Below, in pieces: positions 49,868 through 58,958 of a stretch of DNA of 64,000 nucleotides. Origin of the DNA: Oceanispirochaeta sp. (lineage in GTDB: Bacteria; Spirochaetota; Spirochaetia; DSM-2461); NCBI GenBank assembly GCA_963663385.2, contig CAXXXD010000001.1, forward strand, positions 352,001-416,000. The letters run 5' to 3'. Within the stretch, counting starts at the first letter, position 1. Each line of letters begins with the position of its first letter. The notes beneath the pieces were generated by a model, which worked only from the letters and a program-made list of their open reading frames with translations, was not told the origin of the DNA and searched no databases. Both the position numbers and the translations under genes were made by a program.

Positions 49868-51616
49868 TCAGGGAAGCCCTATCCTGTTAACCGGAAACAG
49901 TCTGAACACGACAAACCCCTCAATTCCGGACTCATCAATTGTCATGGGATTCAGAAGGGATCTGTATACAAGAGATGATTCCTTTCCCCGGATAAAATAA
50001 CGATCTTTCGAGTGTAGACCATGCCTGAGATCTACTGAGTTATATCGGTTATCTCCCATAAGAAAATAATGTTCATCTTCAATCACCGTTCCATAAGGAA
50101 AAGGCGGTAAATTCCTGAAATCATAATAACGGATAATATAGTTGAGGAATTCCCCTAAAGATTCCTCCTGAGATTCAATGGAGTCCTGAATATTGATCAG
50201 CTTCTGATCACTTCCGGCAATGAGAAACTCCAGGTATTCCAGATTAATAACGATCCATTCACTCACCAGCATCTTATACATTGTGTCTGTTTTACACGCG
50301 ACAGTTCCAAACATATCACGGGAATCAGCAGTACAGGAGGAGGACAGGAAATCCCAGCCGGAATTCCATAGAGTATCGTCTTCCAGATTATACAGGAAAT
50401 GAATCTGATCCTCCCTGAGAAATTCAAGCTTCTGCAGAGGGGCATACCCTTTATTAATGGAAAGATTAGCCGTATTCAGACTGCTGAACTGCCCCCGCAA
50501 TCCGCCTTTGACCGCTTCTATATGGCCTTTGATCAGAAGCGCCCTGACAGCTTCAGCCTTTTCGGCATTAGATTGGATAGCTTTGAGAGCCTGTGCCTGA
50601 TCCAGAGTCTCAATAGCCGCATCCCATTTTGTCAGAACATCACGCATCTGTGCATTAATAGGCAGATAGCGCAGCTTATCCAGGGTATCTCCAGGTAAAT
50701 TATAAAGATCTGTTTCGGAGTGAATATCCTCCTCAAGCAGAACAAAGTCATCTTCAAGAACCCGACGATGGTAGATTTTGTCATTTATTATCTGCAGCTG
50801 CTCTCCGGGAATTCCGACAACCCGTTTAACAAGAGGATCGGCTTTTTCATTCCCATATTCATCATAACGGTCAAGGTTAACACCGGTAAAGGTAACCATA
50901 TAGAGAAACTGGGAGAAAAGATGTTTCAGCTCACTTTCAACAGTTTTTTCATATTTGGGATTCCGGAATGTTACAATATCGCCCCGTTTTATCGTCTGCA
51001 GGGGAGGAATCCGGAAACGGGTAAAAGGAAGGGCCGGACCCCGTGTAATTTTGTCGACAACAGGTCTGTCTTTTACCAGAAAGACGGGAAACATGGACTC
51101 CGAAGGGATACTGTAAATTTGAAACAGGAAGATATTGATCAGCAGAACAAAAATTACGGCGGAAAGAAGAGCGTCCACCCAACTGAAGATTTCTGCGACC
51201 AGCCCTCGCTTCTTCTTCCCTTCCTCCTTTTCCTTCCTTTTAAGCTCCCTTGAATACATAAAAATCTGATATCCGTTCAATATTAAAGCAATGAGCAGTA
51301 AAAACTCCAAAAGAATGGGTGCGCCCAGAACTTCCGGATTATCGGAAATAAGAGAAACTTTCATACAGTAAGTCATATAGAACAGGAAAGTTGAAAATAA
51401 CAGATAACTGTTAAAAATCCTCAGTAATTTATCACTGAATCGGGAGGACAGGAAGAAAACAAAGAAAACATTCGCCGACAGGATCAACGCGGATAAGAGG
51501 GCATATACAGATGCCCTGGATGAAACATCCATCTTCCAGGAGAACAGGATCTGAATCAGAAAGTAGAGAATAGTACTCACAGCGAGAAGCTTGCTGTATT
51601 TATTGAATTTCTGCAT
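49868..51616 (-). CDS. lepB: Signal peptidase I with multi-TM N-terminus and large insertion
   Basis: Box B YSIPSESM, box C RGDIVTF, box D LVKRVVG.PGE, box E YFLMGDNRYNSVD. Confidence 0.9.
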   Translation of the reverse strand: MQKFNKYSKLLAVSTILYFLIQILFSWKMDVSSRASVYALLSALILSANVFFVFFLSSRFSDKLLRIFNSYLLFSTFLFYMTYCMKVSLISDNPEVLGAPILLEFLLLIALILNGYQIFMYSRELKRKEKEEGKKKRGLVAEIFSWVDALLSAVIFVLLINIFLFQIYSIPSESMFPVFLVKDRPVVDKITRGPALPFTRFRIPPLQTIKRGDIVTFRNPKYEKTVESELKHLFSQFLYMVTFTGVNLDRYDEYGNEKADPLVKRVVGIPGEQLQIINDKIYHRRVLEDDFVLLEEDIHSETDLYNLPGDTLDKLRYLPINAQMRDVLTKWDAAIETLDQAQALKAIQSNAEKAEAVRALLIKGHIEAVKGGLRGQFSSLNTANLSINKGYAPLQKLEFLREDQIHFLYNLEDDTLWNSGWDFLSSSCTADSRDMFGTVACKTDTMYKMLVSEWIVINLEYLEFLIAGSDQKLINIQDSIESQEESLGEFLNYIIRYYDFRNLPPFPYGTVIEDEHYFLMGDNRYNSVDLRHGLHSKDRYFIRGKESSLVYRSLLNPMTIDESGIEGFVVFRLFPVNRIGLP

Positions 51617-51723
51617 TGTCTCAGAATAGGGAAATGCCGGTTTTCTTTCAAGCTTTTCTATATGAAAAATACAACAAACCCCTCCCTAAAGGAAAAATCC
51701 ATGTTTTTTTTATTATTCCCTGT

Positions 51724-52554
51724 TCAGGAATTACTTATTCTCCTTAGCTGCGAGAGATATTCACCCGGTGTCATCAGGTATTGCTTTTTGAATTTTCTGA
51801 TAAAATAGGATGGATCTTCAAAACCGGACCTGTCGGCCGTTTCCGAAACAGAATAACCCTCATTCAAGATTTTCAGGCTGTTTTCCAGTCTTAGATTATT
51901 CAGATATTCCCCGTAGGTTGAACCGGTTTTCTCCTTGAACTTGCGACAGAAATGATAACGGCTCAGGTGTACTGCATCTGCAGCCTGGTCGATAGAGATA
52001 GGCGTCCGGTAGAATTCTTCACTATAATCTTTAATCCTATGAAGGAATTCGTCCCTTGGCGAGAGATCCTCCAACCCTTTATCAGAAGGGTAGATCAGAG
52101 CGATAGTACCCATGGCTAATGATGAGCTTTGAATTCCCGAAGAGAACGGCCCTTTATAAAGCTGTTCAAGAAGATGAGAATCGGCCTTTTTATAATGCAG
52201 AAAGTACGGGTAAGTACGGGCCAGGTCCGTCTTCAGGGCTAGTGCGTCGACGTAAGATAGAAAGTTCAGCCCAATATGCCAAACCGTAATTTGTCCTCCG
52301 TTACCCTGAATTCTGTATGAGTGGAGTGTTTCGGGCTGCAGCACAAAGAGGGAATTTTCCTCCATAGGGTAAGAACAGCCCTCGACATGAATAAAACCCG
52401 CTGCATTTTCACAATAGTTGATCTCCAGACTGCTGTGATAGTGCATCCTGACAACCGTATCTTCATGATAAGTTCTTACATTCATTACAACAGGGTTTTC
52501 CGGAGAGAGACTTTTCTCTTCGAATTTTATCCCGTTTCCCTGATTCTGCATCAT
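51724..52554 (-). CDS. AraC family transcriptional regulator
   Basis: MHYHSSLEI cupin; LSRYHFCRKFK...GFEDPSYFIRKFKK; start trimmed to ATG 52554. Confidence 0.9.
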   Translation of the reverse strand: MMQNQGNGIKFEEKSLSPENPVVMNVRTYHEDTVVRMHYHSSLEINYCENAAGFIHVEGCSYPMEENSLFVLQPETLHSYRIQGNGGQITVWHIGLNFLSYVDALALKTDLARTYPYFLHYKKADSHLLEQLYKGPFSSGIQSSSLAMGTIALIYPSDKGLEDLSPRDEFLHRIKDYSEEFYRTPISIDQAADAVHLSRYHFCRKFKEKTGSTYGEYLNNLRLENSLKILNEGYSVSETADRSGFEDPSYFIRKFKKQYLMTPGEYLSQLRRISNS

Positions 52555-52660
52555 AAGGAAGTTTATCAAATACAGCAATATTGTTCTATATATAAGCAAC
52601 TTGATCGTACAGACATCTGCATTTACAGCAATATAATACATGTAAATAGGAGAAAATAGG

Positions 52661-53719
52661 ATGAAAAACAACTATAAACCCGATTACAATAGAGTCATTT
52701 CGGCTGCTCTGAATAAAACAACAGATTACCTGCCCCTGTATGAACACAATGTAAGCTGTAATATTATAGAGGAGCTGTGCGGTTTAGAACTGGATTCGAA
52801 AATGGAGAGCCGCGACCCTGATCTGATTGATCAGGCCTTCAGGCATATTGCCGAATTTCACATTTCACACGGATATGACACCTACTCATTTGAAGGGTGT
52901 TTCACCCATATTATTCAGCAAGGTAAGGGTTTGACCGGAGAAGCCGGTCCCCTTATCAGGAACAGAGAGGATTTTGAAAACTTTCCCTGGGAGACACTGA
53001 CAGCAAAGTACTTCGACAGCTTCAAAATCTATTTCGACTCCATAAGAAGGACCCTTCCCGAAGGGATGAAAATTACCGGCGGTGTGGGTAACGGGATATT
53101 TGAAACGGTTCAGGATTTTATCCCTTATACAGAATTGGCCTACCTGGAGATCGATGATCCTGACATGTTCGCTTCCATATGGCAGAAGGTGGGAGACGCC
53201 ATCCATAAGGTATGGATCGAATTTCTGGGGGAATACTCGGAAATTCTGGCTGTTGGCAGGTTCGGAGATGATCTGGGTTTTAAAAGTGCCCCTCTGTTGA
53301 GCCCTCAGGTTATCCGAACACATGTCCTGCCCCAGTACAAAAAGATTGTAAAAGAGGTTCAGTCCAGAAACATTCCCTTTCTGCTGCACTCCTGCGGCTG
53401 TATTTTTGATGTGATGGATGACATTATCGATGATGTCGGCATTAATGCCAAACACTCCAATGAAGATGCCATTGCCCCCTTCCAGAGATGGGTGGAGGAT
53501 TACGGTCAGAGAATCGGAAATTTCGGCGGACTGGATATGGACGTTATCTGCCGGGAGTCTGAAGAAAATATCCGTCAGTATACACGCAATACACTTGGCA
53601 AACTCAAGAAAAGCGATAAGGGACTGGCCATCGGTTCGGGCAACCAGATAGCCAGTTATGTTCCTCCGGCCAATTTTGTCGTTATGGTAGATGAAATCAG
53701 GAAATTCCGGGGAGCCTGA
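52661..53719 (+). CDS. Uroporphyrinogen decarboxylase / MtaA-CmuA-like family protein
   Basis: FGDDLGFK, LLSP, LLHSCG, GNFGGLDMD, GSGNQI. Confidence 0.82.
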   Translation: MKNNYKPDYNRVISAALNKTTDYLPLYEHNVSCNIIEELCGLELDSKMESRDPDLIDQAFRHIAEFHISHGYDTYSFEGCFTHIIQQGKGLTGEAGPLIRNREDFENFPWETLTAKYFDSFKIYFDSIRRTLPEGMKITGGVGNGIFETVQDFIPYTELAYLEIDDPDMFASIWQKVGDAIHKVWIEFLGEYSEILAVGRFGDDLGFKSAPLLSPQVIRTHVLPQYKKIVKEVQSRNIPFLLHSCGCIFDVMDDIIDDVGINAKHSNEDAIAPFQRWVEDYGQRIGNFGGLDMDVICRESEENIRQYTRNTLGKLKKSDKGLAIGSGNQIASYVPPANFVVMVDEIRKFRGA

Positions 53720-53738
53720 TTTTTTACAGGCAAAGTCA

Positions 53739-53767
53739 TTGACAGAAAAGCCTGTTTTAGCTAATAT
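53739..53767 (+). promoter_or_regulatory. Sigma-70 promoter of tRNA-Leu copy 2
   Basis: TTGACA-N17-TAATAT ending 15 bp before the tRNA. Confidence 0.65.
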
Positions 53768-53782
53768 CCCTGAGTACCAATT

Positions 53783-53866
53783 GCCTGGATGGTGAAATTG
53801 GTAGACACGCTAGTTTCAGGGACTAGTGCTCGCAAGGGCGTGGAGGTTCGAGTCCTCTTCCAGGCA
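53783..53866 (+). tRNA. tRNA-Leu(CAG), copy 2 (identical to copy 1)
   Basis: Same 84-nt sequence as 20301-20384. Confidence 0.97.
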
Positions 53867-53868
53867 CT

Positions 53869-53907
53869 AAAAAGACCCGGTTACCGAAAGGAGACCGGGT
53901 CTTTTTT
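53869..53907. terminator. Bidirectional intrinsic terminator after tRNA-Leu copy 2
   Basis: AAAAAGACCCGGTTACC-GAAA-GGAGACCGGGTCTTTTTT. Confidence 0.85.
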
Positions 53908-53952
53908 GTTTCATATGATAAGGGGAGAGAACTCCCCATTGAATAAATAAGA

Positions 53953-55209
53953 TTACCAGCCGTATACCTTCAGGATATCATCTTTTGACGCATGAAGGGG
54001 TTTCCCGTAGTAATTGAGTGCAACATCCGTCCTGTTGGTAAAAATTCCATCAACACCGTTGTTCTGCACCATTTTCATGTCTACCTCTTCATCAATTGTA
54101 TATGCATGAACAAACATGCCCAGGTCATGGGTCATCTCATTCATCCATGGCTTGACAGTATCCATATAGCTCTGTTCGCCTTTTACCGGATCATTGAAAC
54201 CCGCAAGCTTTGCTCCGGGACCTGTGCATGTAGCGCCATTATCCTTTGCCCACTGCAGCCACATCTTGTAATTATCCTTTGACAGGGCTTCCCATTTAGC
54301 AGAAAACTGAGCATAGGTTTCTCCTTCTGCCTGTTTTTCCGGCTGATCCGCTCGTAAGGGTCCATAGGTTTTACTGAGATCTGCACCAGGTATACTCTGG
54401 TCAATTTTTTCTACTCCCCATTCCATGGCTTCCTTATTGGTATAAAGCCAGACAAGGAAACACTTGGGGGTCTCTGGCATGAACTTGTTCAGCAGGGGCA
54501 GGCTTGTCGGTTCAAAGGTCTGCAGAATTGTACGGCCTTTAGTGAACTGGACACCAACATTTTCTGCCGGATTAAAACCCTCAGGTGCTTTTTTTTCTGA
54601 AGAACCAAGCCATCCGCGGCTTTTCAGCTTTTCATAGAGATCTTTCTCTATTCCGGGAAAGAGTGTTGAAACCTTTGTTTCAATATACACACCGGGACGG
54701 TTGCCATTGTCATTGGGGTCCGGTGTCCCGTCAGCCAGTTTACCTTCTGCAATGTTGAGCATCTCATCAAGGGTACAGATTTTTGCTCCTTTATACGAGT
54801 CACGAGCCTGTTCCGGGTGAGCACTGTTGAACCAGGATCCAGCATCAAGTTTTTTGAGTTCCGCCAGAGTGAAATTGCTTATGGCATCACCGGCTCGGTC
54901 GGGATAGAGTTCTGCAACATTGCTTGTTCTTTTCAGATTATTATCATGGAGGGCTATAAGCACGCCATCTTTTGTTCGCTGAAGGTCGCATTCAAGATAT
55001 TCAGCCCCCATCTGTCGAGCCATAATATAGGCGGCTTCAGTTTCTTCTGGAGCATAGTAAGAAGCACCTCTATGGGCAATAACGGCATTGTAGGGTACCT
55101 CAGCTTGTTTGCAGATAGCTTTTTCGCTTGATCCTCCTGCGAAAACTGCTGATACAGAAAACAGCAGCAATACACAAAGTACAAGAATCATTGAAGATCT
55201 TTTTTTCAT
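53953..55209 (-). CDS. Exported glycerophosphodiester phosphodiesterase
   Basis: Signal peptide; IAHRGAS..APEET, ECDLQRTKDGVLIALHD, YIETK, GVDGIFTN. Confidence 0.92.
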   Translation of the reverse strand: MKKRSSMILVLCVLLLFSVSAVFAGGSSEKAICKQAEVPYNAVIAHRGASYYAPEETEAAYIMARQMGAEYLECDLQRTKDGVLIALHDNNLKRTSNVAELYPDRAGDAISNFTLAELKKLDAGSWFNSAHPEQARDSYKGAKICTLDEMLNIAEGKLADGTPDPNDNGNRPGVYIETKVSTLFPGIEKDLYEKLKSRGWLGSSEKKAPEGFNPAENVGVQFTKGRTILQTFEPTSLPLLNKFMPETPKCFLVWLYTNKEAMEWGVEKIDQSIPGADLSKTYGPLRADQPEKQAEGETYAQFSAKWEALSKDNYKMWLQWAKDNGATCTGPGAKLAGFNDPVKGEQSYMDTVKPWMNEMTHDLGMFVHAYTIDEEVDMKMVQNNGVDGIFTNRTDVALNYYGKPLHASKDDILKVYGW

Positions 55210-55408
55210 TTGTTCCTCCGATAAGAATAATATTTGCCTTTATCTCTACCAGAATGTGAAAGAATGGGGCTAATAAACTATATAATCTGATAAGGTCAAA
55301 AAGAAACTGAAAATAATCTTCATTAGTTTAATATTCTGAACCGGATGTGAATAACTTTATTCTCTTCAGAGAAATATCAGAGATATTGTCAGATGAGATC
55401 TATGACTT

Positions 55409-56347
55409 TTAAGATTGAGCCGGGCCCTCTACTTCAAATTCTGCAAACGAAACAGAGGACTTCGTTCTCCTTTCCCACGACCTCTGGGAGATAACCACAG
55501 CACCCAGAATGCAGATAAACCCCAGGCACTGAATCCCGTTATACCTCTCCCCCAGCAGAATAAAAGACAGGGTAATCGTAAAAATCGGAACCAGGTAGAT
55601 AAACTGACTGGCCCTGACTGCCCCGATGGATTTAACCGCATAGGACCAGAAAATAAAACAGAACCCCGAAGCCAGCACCCCGAGGAACAGGAAATGACCG
55701 AATAATGGAAGTTGAAATACTCTTTCCGCATCCGGAACCTGACCGGAAGCCACTGTAACGGCCGCAATGACAATCCATCCGTAAAATACAGACTTGCGCG
55801 TAATAACCAGAGAGGAGTACGCACCGCTGATCTTTCTGAGAAGAAGCGTATAAAAGGCAAAAACAAAGGAGGCGCATAAAGCCAGAACATCTCCTTTTAC
55901 CGAAACTCCCTGGATGGTACCGGACTGACTGAGGATCGCCAGAAAACCACCGATGGAGAGAATAAATGAAACGACATATTTTATACTGAATTTTTCATCC
56001 CGATAAAATACAGCGCCCAGTACACTGGTTATTAAGGGAATGCTGGTAACAATAACGGATACATTGGACGCATAGGTATATTTGGTTGCCAGATTTTCCA
56101 GAAAATAATACAGAAACATCCCCGTTATACCTGTCATGGCAAACAGAATTTCATCTTTCAGACAGATTCTGTTCCTGCTGGGCGGTGCGAGCAATATAAG
56201 AACGCCCAATCCTATTGAAAACCGAACAAAGGAAATCTGCAACGCAGAAAAATTCTGAACCAGCAGTTTTGTAGAGATATATGTTGAACTCCAGATAATG
56301 ATAGCAGAAAGAGCGGTTATAAAGCCTGTTTTTATATGTTTATCCAT
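55409..56347 (-). CDS. DMT/EamA family transporter
   Basis: About ten TM helices, IWSST, two EamA repeats, ILLGE. Confidence 0.9.
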   Translation of the reverse strand: MDKHIKTGFITALSAIIIWSSTYISTKLLVQNFSALQISFVRFSIGLGVLILLAPPSRNRICLKDEILFAMTGITGMFLYYFLENLATKYTYASNVSVIVTSIPLITSVLGAVFYRDEKFSIKYVVSFILSIGGFLAILSQSGTIQGVSVKGDVLALCASFVFAFYTLLLRKISGAYSSLVITRKSVFYGWIVIAAVTVASGQVPDAERVFQLPLFGHFLFLGVLASGFCFIFWSYAVKSIGAVRASQFIYLVPIFTITLSFILLGERYNGIQCLGFICILGAVVISQRSWERRTKSSVSFAEFEVEGPAQS

Positions 56348-56372
56348 TCCTATCCTCCGGATTAAAACTATA

Positions 56373-57158
56373 TTAATCCGAATTGGTCGTATTGGATAAA
56401 ATTGCCTCCCTGTAATCCTGCGGTTTCATCCCGGAATATAGTTTAAACTGCCTGATAAAGTGACTCTGATCCGAAAAACCGCAGTCCAGAGCAATATCCG
56501 CCAGAGATCTGTCTGTTTCAAACAGGAGTATGGCCCTTTGAATCCGCATATTAATCTGATCTGCATGGGGCGTCAGCCCGTACCGCCGGGCATACTGCCG
56601 GATAAAGGAAAATTTACTCCTGTTTATCTGCGCCGCCATTTGATCAATGCTGCTGATTACTTCAGGAAGGTCTCTGATTCGGACGTGTACGGAATCCAGA
56701 TCATCCTTTCCCTCGGGAACATCTTTCACTTCCAGTCGCCCCTCTGTTATACCCTTCAACCCTTCGAGGACTTCCGATTCCAGCACATGGCAATCATCCG
56801 CTTCGATTCTTACAAACAATTCAATCATATCCGCAGAGGACGGTGCGGCATAGATATAAAAATTCTTTGATGGAAAGTGGAGATTCTTTTCCCACCAGTC
56901 CGGGTCAATATAGAACATAAGAAACTCAAACTGCTCCTCCCTATGGGGAATACACAGATGCGCTGTTTCCGCCGGAATCAGCACAAAGTCCCCGGGAGTC
57001 AGGTTATACTTCTGTCCCAGAATTGAGATGGTTGTGTCTCCTGATTTAATAAAACCGAGAGAAACCTCCGGGTGGGAGTGGAGGCGTTTGGCATACTCAC
57101 TCCGCCGGTTCTTGGATTTCATGGAAAGAAAGGGCAGGTCCCGATAGAATTGAATCAC
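56373..57158 (-). CDS. AraC family transcriptional regulator
   Basis: HSH cupin; LADIALDCGFSDQSHFIRQFK; GTG start at 57158 with GGAGG RBS. Confidence 0.9.
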   Translation of the reverse strand: MIQFYRDLPFLSMKSKNRRSEYAKRLHSHPEVSLGFIKSGDTTISILGQKYNLTPGDFVLIPAETAHLCIPHREEQFEFLMFYIDPDWWEKNLHFPSKNFYIYAAPSSADMIELFVRIEADDCHVLESEVLEGLKGITEGRLEVKDVPEGKDDLDSVHVRIRDLPEVISSIDQMAAQINRSKFSFIRQYARRYGLTPHADQINMRIQRAILLFETDRSLADIALDCGFSDQSHFIRQFKLYSGMKPQDYREAILSNTTNSD

Positions 57159-57287
57159 AGTTTCCTCCAAAACGCCTGAAAAAGCCCAGGGAATTATCAT
57201 CGCTACAAGGATGTTCCCTTTGATAATACTCTATATTTCCATTAAAATTCAGTTTATATAATTTCATAGCTGAATCGGAGGTTTACC

Positions 57288-58793
57288 ATGAAACCATTAC
57301 GATCTCTGCTGTACGCAATCCTTATCGTTTCGTTTTTTTCCTGCAGTATGATTGAAGAAACCTTCTTCCCCGAAAAGAAGGAGGATGAGGCTCCGGAAGC
57401 CTCAGATGATTTTATAGATGCGGCCACATCCGTATTTGAAGGAATCGGACTTGTATTCGACACAGAGTCGTCGGACCCCACCCAGGGGACCTTTCCTACC
57501 GGAATGACCGTTGCCTGGGTAACACAGGATGTGGAACTTACCATTACCCTTGTATCCTGCCAGACAACGATTGCAACAGATGTCCTTTTAAGCGGTACAA
57601 TAACCATAACCCGCAGAGATGCCGATGAGACTGCAACCCTGACCATATACGGCGTTATGACCACAGGCAGCGGTACTCAAGTCACTATCGACGGCTCTGC
57701 AAGCTGGCCGGCACCGGGCGGAGAAATTGTTATGAGTGATGAACCGTTTTCCACCAGCGGTTCAATTACCGTCGGGGATGAAACCCTCAGCATCCGCGAT
57801 GCCATGGAATTGGTCAACCTGGATGAAGAGGATGAGGACAATCCCCCGACTGTTGCCAATATCCGCTTCCTCACAGCAGGAAATTATACGATTAATGCCA
57901 CAGACAATGGTACGACCTGGGAAGAAGTGTACTCATGGGATGGTAATTTCTGGGATGTCAGCAGCAATTCCACCAACCACAGTGTAGCCGTAGGTAAAGC
58001 AGCAGACGGCAGCGGTTATATTGTATACTCTTCCAATTTCCGAAACTGGACGGCGGCCGTATCAGGTGTAACACAAAGTATTATGTGTGTGGAAGCCGTG
58101 GGTGATATGTTCTATGCCGGGATAGAGGGTGCCGCGGAAGTTCTGGTTTCTTCCGATAACGGGGCCACCTGGTTTACCCAGGCCATCAGCGGCATGACCG
58201 CCATATATGACTTTGCCTCCGACGGCAGCAGAATCATAGCCGTCGGCGGTGGCAGAACCTGTTATACCGCCGATCAGGGAGCCACAACCTGGCTTGATCT
58301 CACAGACAGCGACAGCAGTGTTTCCTTTAATGAATACACGATCCGGGCGGTTGATTATTTCAACTCCCACTGGGTTATGGTTGGAAAGTCAGACAGTGAT
58401 AACACCATCGCCGTCTTTTATTCGGAAGACGGACTGGACTGGGTAAGGGATCCCGGTTTCAGTGCCCAGACAGGATATATGACATCCATTGCCAATGACG
58501 GCAGCGACAAAGTAATTATTTCCGGTCACACAGGATCAGAGTATGACTACGGCAACCCCATCCTTTATATGAGTTCTACCGGGGGAGAATCCAATTCATG
58601 GACCTCTGTCAGCACCGGAGTTACCTACCCGATTGTAGCTGCTGCCTACGGAGAGATGGGCAACGGAATATCCAACTGGATGATTGTATCCAATACAGGT
58701 AAAGCCTATTTCTCTACCGATGGAACAACATGGATAGAACGAAGTTCCGACTACGGCACTCACGGAGCCACCTACGTCCCCATCCTCCCATAA
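57288..58793 (+). CDS. Lipoprotein with C-terminal Asp-box/BNR beta-propeller
   Basis: Lipobox FFSC; repeats ATDNGTTW, SSDNGATW, TADQGATTW, SEDGLDW, STDGTTW. Confidence 0.75.
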   Translation: MKPLRSLLYAILIVSFFSCSMIEETFFPEKKEDEAPEASDDFIDAATSVFEGIGLVFDTESSDPTQGTFPTGMTVAWVTQDVELTITLVSCQTTIATDVLLSGTITITRRDADETATLTIYGVMTTGSGTQVTIDGSASWPAPGGEIVMSDEPFSTSGSITVGDETLSIRDAMELVNLDEEDEDNPPTVANIRFLTAGNYTINATDNGTTWEEVYSWDGNFWDVSSNSTNHSVAVGKAADGSGYIVYSSNFRNWTAAVSGVTQSIMCVEAVGDMFYAGIEGAAEVLVSSDNGATWFTQAISGMTAIYDFASDGSRIIAVGGGRTCYTADQGATTWLDLTDSDSSVSFNEYTIRAVDYFNSHWVMVGKSDSDNTIAVFYSEDGLDWVRDPGFSAQTGYMTSIANDGSDKVIISGHTGSEYDYGNPILYMSSTGGESNSWTSVSTGVTYPIVAAAYGEMGNGISNWMIVSNTGKAYFSTDGTTWIERSSDYGTHGATYVPILP

Positions 58794-58803
58794 AAATAGA
58801 ACA

Positions 58804-58948
58804 CCTCTCCCTCTGGGAGAGGGGATTAAGGGGTGAGGGTTTCCAGAAAAAGTCGCTTCCCGTAACTCTGCGAGGAAATCCGAGGGAGAGAGATTTCATC
58901 AACCATCCTGCCTTACACCCTCTCCTGAGGAGAGGGATTGGGAGAGGT
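58804..58948 (+). repeat. Pair of REP-like palindromes
   Basis: CCTCTCCC-TCT-GGGAGAGG-ggattaaggggtgaggg (58804-58839) and CCCTCTCC-TGA-GGAGAGGG-attgggagagg (58918-58947). Confidence 0.65.
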
Positions 58949-58958
58949 TTGGAGAGGC

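Noticed and set aside
20385..53782. Prophage or ICE between the tRNA copies
   Set aside because: No integrase, phage structural, relaxase or conjugation genes seen; contains lepB
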